DNA from: a virus
Lineage: Duplodnaviria; Caudoviricetes
DNA length: 30,736 nucleotides
Virus record (IMG/VR): IMGVR_UViG_3300037462_000402
Span: 1 to 30,736 of that record
Direction: 5' to 3' (one strand)
Shown here: piece after piece, positions 8,350 through 16,647 of the stretch
Position numbering within the stretch: the stretch's first letter is position 1
Layout of the letters: each line of letters starts with the position of its first letter
Notes under the pieces: generated by a model
What the model saw: only the letters and a program-made list of their open reading frames with translations
Told to the model about the DNA's origin: nothing
Database searches by the model: none
Translations under genes and position numbers: made by a program

Positions 8350-8386
8350 AACGACACGTAATAGCGCTTACGTGTCGTTTCTGTTT
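8350..8386 (+). terminator. Terminator-like hairpin in the late leader
   Basis: 12-bp stem AACGACACGTAA-TAGCGC-TTACGTGTCGTT followed by TCTGTTT. Confidence 0.55.
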
Positions 8387-8409
8387 AAATGTCTACACAT
8401 GCAGAAAAT

Positions 8410-8476
8410 CGAACAGTGGTGTACTGGTTGCACAGCGCTTCAAGCGCAGGATCTAGTTCAAGTCTAGACTGTTCCC
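8410..8476 (+). tRNA. Non-canonical tRNA-like gene (shortened anticodon arm, central TCA)
   Basis: Acceptor GAACAG/CTGTTC, T8, D-arm GTGT-ACTGGTT-GCAC, perfect T-arm TCTAG-TTCAAGT-CTAGA. The anticodon arm is only 13 nt (GCGCTTCAAGCGC). C1-C72 mismatch; no encoded CCA. Confidence 0.65.
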
Positions 8477-8557
8477 TTAGCGCGGTATGTATTTGTTTGT
8501 CCGAAAAAATCTGATTGTCCGAACGTATCGCGCTTTTAAAAATAAAGGGGTGATGCA

Positions 8558-9136
8558 ATGGGGTATAGCGCTGAACAAAAAGCGATCGCTATCGCCTTGC
8601 TGCAAGCCCATAACGGGATTACACAGGAAGCGCGGGACGCGATCAATGCCGCGCTAGGTCGTGTAGTTTCGACAAGCACGCTCCATAGCTGGATGCCTAA
8701 CGATATAAAAGCTGAGATCGAAAAGCGAAAGCGCGAAAGCCGAAAAATCAAAAAAGCTACCGAAATTCCCGAAGAACCGAAAATATCTATACGAGCCAGT
8801 CGCACAGTCACACCCCAACATATTCAACGTGCTAACGAGGCGCTTGATAATGTGTTTGAGGAAGTCGCAAGGCGCTACCTTGATCACTCAGTCAAGCCAG
8901 ATGTTATAGATGAAGTTAAAGGAAAGGACGCAGTGATCGCGGCAGCAACGGCTGTCGACAAAATGCGACTGCTTCGCGGCTTGCCTACAGAGATTATCGA
9001 AATTCTGCCAGTGATTGAACGCCTTCACACTGCGTTGATTGAGTCGGGGAAATCGCCTGCAGACGTGTTTGAGCGGATGATCCAGCGCTTGCACGAAAAC
9101 CAACAGGTGACACATGTCAGCGACGACTCAGAATGA
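8558..9136 (+). CDS. terS: Terminase small subunit
   Basis: N-terminal HTH-like YSAEQK..AIALL...VSTSTLHSW and helical DKMRLLRGLPTE; directly upstream of and overlapping terL. Confidence 0.7.
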   Translation: MGYSAEQKAIAIALLQAHNGITQEARDAINAALGRVVSTSTLHSWMPNDIKAEIEKRKRESRKIKKATEIPEEPKISIRASRTVTPQHIQRANEALDNVFEEVARRYLDHSVKPDVIDEVKGKDAVIAAATAVDKMRLLRGLPTEIIEILPVIERLHTALIESGKSPADVFERMIQRLHENQQVTHVSDDSE

Positions 9137-10595
9137 TATTGATGATCTGATCGATTACGCGCTCATGCCCAATGCCCAAAATCAAGTTATCTGGCAACCA
9201 TTTACAGATAGCCCACAAGCTTTGGCTTATGCGTCACTCGCGCAGATCATTGGTTTTGGGGGCGCGGCCGGGGGTGGCAAAACCGATCTTCTGCTTGGCA
9301 AGGCATTCACGCAAAAGAAGCGGGCGCGGATTTTTCGTCGCAACTATACTGACCTGTCCGATCTCATTGATCGTGGTGACGCGATCTTAAATGGTTTGGC
9401 TCGGTATGTGCGAGGCGACAAGCGTAGATGGGATCTTCCCGATGGACGTGTAGTGCGTTTGGCAGCAGTCGAGTACGCGAAAGACCTCAGTAGTTTTCAA
9501 GGGCGCGCTGCGGACATGCTTGGCTTTGATGAGGCCACACAATTCCCTGAAAAGTTTATACGCTATTTGATGGGTTGGTTGCGTACTGACGATCCAACTG
9601 TGTCGCCTCAGGTCGTGATGACATTTAACCCACCGATGAGCGCAGAACAAGAATGGGTAATCCCCTTCTTTAAGCCGTGGTTAGATCCAACACACCCAAA
9701 TCCGGCGCGTGATGGTGAATTGCGTTGGTTTATCACTGTCCATGATCAGGATTTGGAAGTTGATGACAACCAACCTGTTACCATTGATGGTGAAACCTAT
9801 ATCCCACAATCACGGACGTTCTTCAGGGCGCTTGTTGAGGACAATCCTGTGTATATGGCCACAGGCTACCGCGATCAGCTAAACTCGCTTCCTGAACCGC
9901 TCCGATCACAACTGCTCAAGGGCGACTTCAGCATTCGGCCCAACGATGATCGCTATCAGGTCATCCCGACCGTGTGGGTGCTTGAAGCAAACAAACGATG
10001 GGAACTTGGACAACGCCCCGATCTTCTGCCGAAGGCGGTTGGCGTTGACGTGGCGCGAGGCGGGAGCGATGAGACTGTGATCGCAGTGTTGCGTGAAAAC
10101 TGGTTTGACTTGGTGAATGCGCCCGGCACAGAGACAACTACAGGTGATAGCGTAGCAGATTTAATCGAAACCATTTACGAAGCTGACACCCCTGTGATTG
10201 TCGATGTCACTGGCGTTGGTGCATCTGCCTATGACAGCGCAATAAAACGCTTTGGTGATGTGCGTGCTTTTGTTGCTTCTGGTCGCGCCGGAGGCAGAGA
10301 TCAAACCGGCCGCTACGGGTTTTTAAACGCACGATCTGAAGCGTGGTGGAAGCTGCGCGAGGCGCTAAATCCTGAGAGTGGACAAGATATTGCGTTGCCA
10401 CCAGATCCCAAATTGCGCGCAGATCTGACTGCACCTCGCTACAGCGTGCAAAATGGTAAATACCGGATCGAAAGCAAAGATGAGATCTTCAAACGCTTGA
10501 AGCGATCCACCGATCGCGGTGATGCAGTGACGATGGCATGGTGGTGTGTAACACAGTCCTCAAGCGCATTGAGAGATATTGACTGGTGGGAATAA
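9114..10595 (+). CDS. terL: Terminase large subunit
   Basis: Walker A GGAAGGGKT, Walker B LGFDEA, coupling motif TFNP, RNase H-like VGVDVARGGSD and C-terminal STDRGDA. Confidence 0.95.
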   Translation: MSATTQNDIDDLIDYALMPNAQNQVIWQPFTDSPQALAYASLAQIIGFGGAAGGGKTDLLLGKAFTQKKRARIFRRNYTDLSDLIDRGDAILNGLARYVRGDKRRWDLPDGRVVRLAAVEYAKDLSSFQGRAADMLGFDEATQFPEKFIRYLMGWLRTDDPTVSPQVVMTFNPPMSAEQEWVIPFFKPWLDPTHPNPARDGELRWFITVHDQDLEVDDNQPVTIDGETYIPQSRTFFRALVEDNPVYMATGYRDQLNSLPEPLRSQLLKGDFSIRPNDDRYQVIPTVWVLEANKRWELGQRPDLLPKAVGVDVARGGSDETVIAVLRENWFDLVNAPGTETTTGDSVADLIETIYEADTPVIVDVTGVGASAYDSAIKRFGDVRAFVASGRAGGRDQTGRYGFLNARSEAWWKLREALNPESGQDIALPPDPKLRADLTAPRYSVQNGKYRIESKDEIFKRLKRSTDRGDAVTMAWWCVTQSSSALRDIDWWE

Positions 10596-10609
10596 CTGAT
10601 GGAGGGGAT

Positions 10610-13300
10610 ATGCCCAAAAATTACATCGATGGCGGCGTATACCTCCTAAAAAACGGCCGCTTCACGGATCTTGGATCTGGCAAAAGTTATACAGGCACTC
10701 ATGACTTTGACCCATTGAATCGCAGTCGTCAACTGGCCCGGCGTGAATTTGATCGTGCCTACGCTGCGTCAATCAGCGTATGGGTATACGCTTGTATTCG
10801 TGCCAAGCGCGATGCGGTGAGCGCGATCCCGTGGCGTGTCGTCAACTCCCAAAACGAGGAAATTGATACACATCCGTTCTACACCGCGATCTCTTATGCG
10901 TATCAGTACATGCAATCCTCGCTCTTTGAGTTGTGGTCACAGTCACTGGACATCCATGGGGAGAACTATATTGAGCGCATTCGTGGGCAAATGACTCGTA
11001 TGCCGCTCGCCTTCCGGTGGATTAATCCACTGTCAATTGATCCTCAGGTCTTAAATGGACGGGTGACGCAGTATTTGTACAATGGGGATGACAAACGATC
11101 GGTTTGGTTTAGTCCTCAAGAGTTGTCTCGCCACTATTACCCACACCCATTAAATGATCTTGAACCCCTTGCCCCGATCGATCTTGCTTTAGATGTGGTC
11201 AACATCGATCGCGATGCAAAACGAGCGATCAAGTCTTGGTTTGCCAATGATGCAACACCGGGGGGCATCATCCGCGCAGCGCCGGGTGTGATGCTTAACG
11301 ATAACGACTTGGAGCGTACTAAGCGCGCATGGAACGAACGCCACAAAGGTTCAACCAAAAGGGGGAACACTGCGTTTTTGCCTGCTGCGCTGGAATACCA
11401 TGTAATCCAGCAATCACCAGTCCAATCAAATAATGAGCTAGGCGAAACCACTAAAGAGGACATCTGCGCTGTTTTTGGTGTCCCGATGCCGATCGCGGGT
11501 GTTTGGAACAGTCCACGTTATCAGGTTTCGCCTGAAATGACGCGGATGTTTTACCAAAACACGATTGGCCCGCTTTTGGCTCGAATGGCAACGCACGTCA
11601 ATAACGATCTGTTGCCATTTTTTGGGGTATCAGGTGAGTTTGTTTTTGATCAAGCGTTTATCGAAGGACTGACACGCGATAAGGATAAAGTGGCAGAAGC
11701 AGCACGTTCCGATCTTGGGGCCGGCGTGATCACGATCAATGAGTACCGTGAAATCCGTGGCTATGGTGCAGTCGAAGGCGGTGATGTGTTGATGTTGCCA
11801 GTTGGGGCGATGTTAACGCCGATCGATGCGCTATCCCAACATTCCGCTCCGGCGATACCTTTGCCGCTCGAACCCGTTGTCACCGCGCCCACCACCGATC
11901 CGACTAAAGACAGTGTTGTACAGAATCGCGTTCCTTTTTTCGTTGGCTTGGATTTAGCCAACAACGCGGATCTCAAAGGTCTGCAAAGGACGGTGAAACA
12001 GCGTTATCCAATTGATGGTGCAAAGTGGGAAGATCCCGCAGATTTTCATATCACCGTAATGTATTGCGAGATCGATCCGGCTGTTGTTCCGGATCTAACA
12101 ACGGCAATCCAAGAGCTACCGACTCCAGAGTTTAATCTCCGTGTGGGTAGCCTCGCCTCGTTTGATAGTGTTGGTGAACACGCGCTTCATTTTCGCGTTC
12201 GTGGCAACGCCGAATTGCGCGAATATCAACGCACTGTGCATGACTTGGTGAGCGAATATGGTGGTGAGTATCGTAGTTACTACGCGCCAGACGCTTACAA
12301 ACCTCACGTCACCATGGGCTACTTGCCTGAAAAAACTTCGGTGATTCGGTTCACTGGGAACATCCGGCTCGTGCCACGCGGGGTGACGATCGCAGTGAAC
12401 AACGAGGATGTGTATCAAAGCGCAAGCCAAGATAAAAACGCCAAAAGCGTTGACGTTGATGAGATGTTAAGCGAGATCGATGCGTGGTGGAAATTTGCGC
12501 GCAATCAGCGATCTAAAACAGTCAAGCGTGATTTTGTGACCAAACACATCAAGCGCGACATTGAAGCTCTGATCCGAATTGGGTTGGAAGATCAGAGTGA
12601 ACTAAAACAGTTGTTCGATGATGCACGAGAATTTGTCAAGGCTTATGGAGAAACTAAGGAGCTTTATAAACAAGCGATCCGGCGCTTGATCAGCGAGGCA
12701 CAGGCAGAGGAACGCACGAGGCGATCGTTTGTATCAAATATGTCCTCTGTAACGCGCCGTGCCGGACTTCAAGCCATGCGCGAGGGCATGAACGAAGTAG
12801 GCTATGACCCTGAGTCATTCAGTAAGGATGAGTTAGCCGCTTTTCGCGACTTGGAGTCAGAGCAGAATGGCTTTATTCGCAAGTTTGGCGCTGAGATCTT
12901 TGGCGCTGAATATGAGCGCGTTGATCCAGAAACTGGTGAGGCTAAACGCTTGGTCGGCCATGGTATCAGCGAGAGTGAAATCGAGATACGTGTCAACATG
13001 TGGGCAGATACCACACTTGAGGCATTTCACTTGTTGGGGATACGACTCGGTAACTCACTAGAGCGTATGGTCTGGCAAATGGGTAGGGCAGAAGAACATT
13101 GCGAGGATTGTCCACGCCTGCACGGGATCGTCATGACTGTTGACGATTGGCATAGGTCTGGGTATCGACCACGCAACGGCAGAACAGCTTGTAAACAGGG
13201 CTGTAAATGTACTCTTACTCGTACCACTGACAGACTCACGCCTAAATCACGTTTACCACGCGATCTAGCTGAATTATCTTCGAGATTGTCATGGCATTAA
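10610..13300 (+). CDS. Portal protein (HK97-type) fused to a 2H phosphoesterase and a MuF-like head morphogenesis domain
   Basis: Portal motifs VYACI, HGENY, WFANDATPGGII, ICAVFGVP and GVITINEYREIRGY..VEGGD. Two HxT motifs (HIT 12047-12055, HVT 12305-12313). C-terminal HCEDC..LHG...C..GCKC. GGAGG RBS before ATG 10610. Confidence 0.88.
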   Translation: MPKNYIDGGVYLLKNGRFTDLGSGKSYTGTHDFDPLNRSRQLARREFDRAYAASISVWVYACIRAKRDAVSAIPWRVVNSQNEEIDTHPFYTAISYAYQYMQSSLFELWSQSLDIHGENYIERIRGQMTRMPLAFRWINPLSIDPQVLNGRVTQYLYNGDDKRSVWFSPQELSRHYYPHPLNDLEPLAPIDLALDVVNIDRDAKRAIKSWFANDATPGGIIRAAPGVMLNDNDLERTKRAWNERHKGSTKRGNTAFLPAALEYHVIQQSPVQSNNELGETTKEDICAVFGVPMPIAGVWNSPRYQVSPEMTRMFYQNTIGPLLARMATHVNNDLLPFFGVSGEFVFDQAFIEGLTRDKDKVAEAARSDLGAGVITINEYREIRGYGAVEGGDVLMLPVGAMLTPIDALSQHSAPAIPLPLEPVVTAPTTDPTKDSVVQNRVPFFVGLDLANNADLKGLQRTVKQRYPIDGAKWEDPADFHITVMYCEIDPAVVPDLTTAIQELPTPEFNLRVGSLASFDSVGEHALHFRVRGNAELREYQRTVHDLVSEYGGEYRSYYAPDAYKPHVTMGYLPEKTSVIRFTGNIRLVPRGVTIAVNNEDVYQSASQDKNAKSVDVDEMLSEIDAWWKFARNQRSKTVKRDFVTKHIKRDIEALIRIGLEDQSELKQLFDDAREFVKAYGETKELYKQAIRRLISEAQAEERTRRSFVSNMSSVTRRAGLQAMREGMNEVGYDPESFSKDELAAFRDLESEQNGFIRKFGAEIFGAEYERVDPETGEAKRLVGHGISESEIEIRVNMWADTTLEAFHLLGIRLGNSLERMVWQMGRAEEHCEDCPRLHGIVMTVDDWHRSGYRPRNGRTACKQGCKCTLTRTTDRLTPKSRLPRDLAELSSRLSWH

Positions 13301-13325
13301 GCCGGAAGCAGATCTTCCAATTGGT

Positions 13326-13664
13326 ATGCACATAGCGCATGAGTTAATTTCATGGCAACGCTGTTTGTTTACACAAAATCTGATTTGCCTGTGGTCGGTT
13401 TCCGATCGTCCTTTACTTCAACTTTTTCGGCGCGATAGCGTGATTTTAAAAGCAACGATCGGCGGTACTAGCTATTCGTGTATTTACGATGGCAATCATC
13501 GCCTTTGGCACATTCGCTATCGGGGGATTGAACACATAGAAGCGCGTACATACGACATTGATATTATGCTTAAAGGTGTTGGCGCAACAATTGACGATGT
13601 ACCGCTTTCGTACAGTCCTGTCTATTATTGGATGATCAAACAAGGCAATATGTTAGTGTGTTAA
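13326..13664 (+). CDS. Hypothetical protein (possible moron)
   Basis: ORF between portal and protease; weak RBS; no motif recognised. Confidence 0.4.
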   Translation: MHIAHELISWQRCLFTQNLICLWSVSDRPLLQLFRRDSVILKATIGGTSYSCIYDGNHRLWHIRYRGIEHIEARTYDIDIMLKGVGATIDDVPLSYSPVYYWMIKQGNMLVC

Positions 13665-13695
13665 CTCCAATTCTTGACCAAAGGAGGGTGAGGCA

Positions 13696-13908
13696 GTGGC
13701 CTTAACAATAATTGAGGAACAGCGCTTTGGTGAGGTGAAGGTGGAAATTTCGGTGACAGTGCCGGATGACAGTACAGAAGCAATTTTTTATACAGCTGTG
13801 CTAAAAACGCTGATCCAACGCTTTACCATTGACAACCCTTACCCCAACCACCGCGCCGCGGCGATCGCCATGATCAATCAATGCCGGGATGAACTTGACC
13901 CACGTTAG
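13696..13908 (+). CDS. Hypothetical protein
   Basis: Strong AAGGAGG/GAGG upstream of a GTG start; 70 aa. Confidence 0.6.
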   Translation: MALTIIEEQRFGEVKVEISVTVPDDSTEAIFYTAVLKTLIQRFTIDNPYPNHRAAAIAMINQCRDELDPR

Positions 13909-13917
13909 AGGGAGACT

Positions 13918-16209
13918 ATGCCAACAACTGGACTGAAATTTTTAACTGAAGACAAATCAAGAGTGGGCGGGTATCTTGTGGTGTTTGGCGATGCACAAAC
14001 CCGAGATTTGCATGGTGAATACTTCACGCCGACCACTGACTTTTGCCTTGATATGTTCCCTGTGCGTCCCATGTTGTATCACCATGGGCTAGACGGGAAA
14101 TTGGAAACGAACCTGATCGGACGCATCGATACGATCAAAATGGATGACGTTGGGTTGTGGGCAGAGGCCCAACTCGAATTACACAACCGATACGTGCAAG
14201 CCATTCGTGAGATGATCGAAAAAGGCGCGCTTGGTTGGTCGTCCGGTAGTCTACCTCACTTGGTAAAAACCGAACGGGACGGATGGATTAAATGCTGGCC
14301 AATCGTTGAAGGAAGTGCCACACCGAGTCCGGCCGAACCGCGTCGGACTGACATTCGTGTTATCAAGTCAATTTACAAAAGCGCTGGACTTGACACCAAT
14401 GCGCTCCAACTACCGGATCAAGATCTTGCTGATCCACCACAACTTTTAGATGTATCGATGCCAGATCCTAATGCAGAGGGTACACCACCAGAGACTAAAG
14501 AGCCTGATGCTAAAGAGTCGAATGCGTTGGATGTGCCTTTGCCTATGACATCTGTCCCGTCGTTAGATCACTTGAAAGCAGCACTTCAAACGACTAAGCG
14601 CCCCATTGATGGGGGAGGAATGAAGATGAATCCAGAGATGATCGCAGCGCTAATGGCGCTGATGAATGACATGGGGATTACGATCCCTGAAGACAAACGT
14701 GACATGCTCACGCAGCGGATCGGTGAAATGTTGGGTAACCAGATGTCTGTCAACGAAGCAGCATTGGCCGGGACTTACATGACCGAGGGTGACAAGATGG
14801 TGAACGCACCGGCCGGGAAAGCTGCGTTCACCAAGGCTTACCAAGTGGCCGCCAGCTTGGTTCGCACGGGCGGTAATACGATCTCCGCAGGCGCGCTTGA
14901 GGCGGCTAAGGGACTGAACGGCGGACGCGGTGACATGCCAGCTTCGAAGATCGATGGGATTGGTGGTGGGTTTAACACCCAAACAGGGTTACAAATCACT
15001 CGTGGGAGTAAATTCGATGGATTAAGTCCTGAAGATTTATCGTACATGATGACCTTCATCGGGGGCATGGCTTCCCATCAGAACAAAAGCTATACCCCAT
15101 CAGAAGAAATCATGGGAGCGTTTCTACATGGCGCTCAAAAAGCTTTGGAACGCGGGGAGCAGTTATCACCATTGGCGCATCGGGCGCTTAAGTCCTACAA
15201 AGCAAATGAACTCAACACCAGCACTCAAAGTGGCTTTGGTGATGACTGGGTTCCTACGTTGTGGTCAGATCAAATCTGGAATCGGGTACGAGCTGATAAC
15301 ACCGTTGCTCCGCAAATCCCGATCATCGAAATGACATCAAACCCGTTTACATTACCGATCGAAACCACCGATCCGGCCGTTTACAGCGTCCCTGAAACCT
15401 CGGATGAAACTCAGTTGGTGCTGAGTGGTTCTGGGAGTGCTATTCCTGATAGCAAGTTGGGAACTGGCAACGTCACGCTGACGGCAGCGAAGTTGGCCCT
15501 GCGGGTGGGTTACGCCAATGAAGTCGATGAGGACTCGTTGTTTCCGTTTGCCAAACAACTGCGCGAAAAGGCGCAACGTGTGTTACAGGACGCAATTGAT
15601 AATGTGTTCCTGAATGGTGACAATACTGCGTCCGGTAATATCAATTTGGATGGTGGTACACCGGGGGCGACGGAGAAATACAATGTGTCGTTTAAAGGCA
15701 TTTTGTTTTTCCCGATCACCAACGTGGCAACCTACGGGATTAATATGGGTGGGGCAGCACCAACCCTAGCCCAAATTCGCGCTTTGCGCGCAAAACTACC
15801 CAATGCCTATGCGACCAAAATCAACGATCTGGTCATGTTTTGTGATTTTCCCACGTACATGAAATTACTCAACATTCCGGAGCTACTGACCATCGACAAA
15901 TATGGTCAAAACGCCAGTGTGGTAACGGGGGAAGTAGGGCGGATCGATGGGATTCGGGTGTTGATCACCAATGAAATGTCACTCGCTGCATCTAATGGCA
16001 AAGTGTCTAGTACCAGTGCCAACAACACGCTTGGACGCTTGGTGATTGTTCATCGTCCATCCTTCTATGCAGGGTATCGGCGACAAGTGAAGACCCATGT
16101 TGAGTATCTGTCATACTATGACAGTTATCAAATGACTGCCACCGTGCGTCCGGCGCTTGTGCGTCGTGATAACCAATGCGCTGCAGTCATGTACAACATT
16201 GGGGTGTAA
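13918..16209 (+). CDS. Prohead maturation protease-major capsid protein fusion (HK97 fold)
   Basis: Protease motifs GYLVVFG..RDLHGEYF, LYHHG, DDVGLWAEAQL and GWSSGS...EGSATPSPAEP. Capsid motifs GDDWVPT.WS..I, IDNVFLNGD and GEVGRIDGIRV. Confidence 0.92.
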   Translation: MPTTGLKFLTEDKSRVGGYLVVFGDAQTRDLHGEYFTPTTDFCLDMFPVRPMLYHHGLDGKLETNLIGRIDTIKMDDVGLWAEAQLELHNRYVQAIREMIEKGALGWSSGSLPHLVKTERDGWIKCWPIVEGSATPSPAEPRRTDIRVIKSIYKSAGLDTNALQLPDQDLADPPQLLDVSMPDPNAEGTPPETKEPDAKESNALDVPLPMTSVPSLDHLKAALQTTKRPIDGGGMKMNPEMIAALMALMNDMGITIPEDKRDMLTQRIGEMLGNQMSVNEAALAGTYMTEGDKMVNAPAGKAAFTKAYQVAASLVRTGGNTISAGALEAAKGLNGGRGDMPASKIDGIGGGFNTQTGLQITRGSKFDGLSPEDLSYMMTFIGGMASHQNKSYTPSEEIMGAFLHGAQKALERGEQLSPLAHRALKSYKANELNTSTQSGFGDDWVPTLWSDQIWNRVRADNTVAPQIPIIEMTSNPFTLPIETTDPAVYSVPETSDETQLVLSGSGSAIPDSKLGTGNVTLTAAKLALRVGYANEVDEDSLFPFAKQLREKAQRVLQDAIDNVFLNGDNTASGNINLDGGTPGATEKYNVSFKGILFFPITNVATYGINMGGAAPTLAQIRALRAKLPNAYATKINDLVMFCDFPTYMKLLNIPELLTIDKYGQNASVVTGEVGRIDGIRVLITNEMSLAASNGKVSSTSANNTLGRLVIVHRPSFYAGYRRQVKTHVEYLSYYDSYQMTATVRPALVRRDNQCAAVMYNIGV

Positions 16210-16211
16210 CC

Positions 16212-16628
16212 ATGGCTTCTTCGATGCGTACTGACGAAGTGCCGCGTTGCAATGTCATCGTGCTGACGTTTTCAGCAGTTGACGTACCCAACGCGGCAGG
16301 CACAGCGAACACAGTTGCCTCTGGTAACACCAGTTATTTGCTGCCGTTTTCGGGATCAATTGTCTCGATTATGGCAGCCTCAAATGATGCGTTTACGGGT
16401 GGGACGGTAACTTTTCGTCCCACGGTAAACGGGACGGCCAACACCACTCTCACCACTGCTTTGAGCAGTAGCGTGCAACAGAACTATGTGAATGGGCCTG
16501 CGGATCAAGTTCGGTTCGCTGCGGGTGATCGAATTGGTGTGGATTTTACCAAGTCTGGCACGGTTGCGCCTATCACAAACGATGTGATCATCATGTTGTT
16601 TGTGTTGGTTGAGAACATGCCTATTTAA
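16212..16628 (+). CDS. Putative capsid decoration/cement protein
   Basis: Small beta-rich Thr/Ser/Gly protein (..FAAGDRIGV..) immediately after the capsid gene. Confidence 0.55.
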   Translation: MASSMRTDEVPRCNVIVLTFSAVDVPNAAGTANTVASGNTSYLLPFSGSIVSIMAASNDAFTGGTVTFRPTVNGTANTTLTTALSSSVQQNYVNGPADQVRFAAGDRIGVDFTKSGTVAPITNDVIIMLFVLVENMPI

Positions 16629-16647
16629 CTCGTGGGGGGGGTGGGAG

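Noticed and set aside
8440-8442. UGA stop-codon recoding suggested by the TCA triplet
   Set aside because: Genes are full length in the standard code, and TGA stops coincide with ATGA-type gene overlaps.
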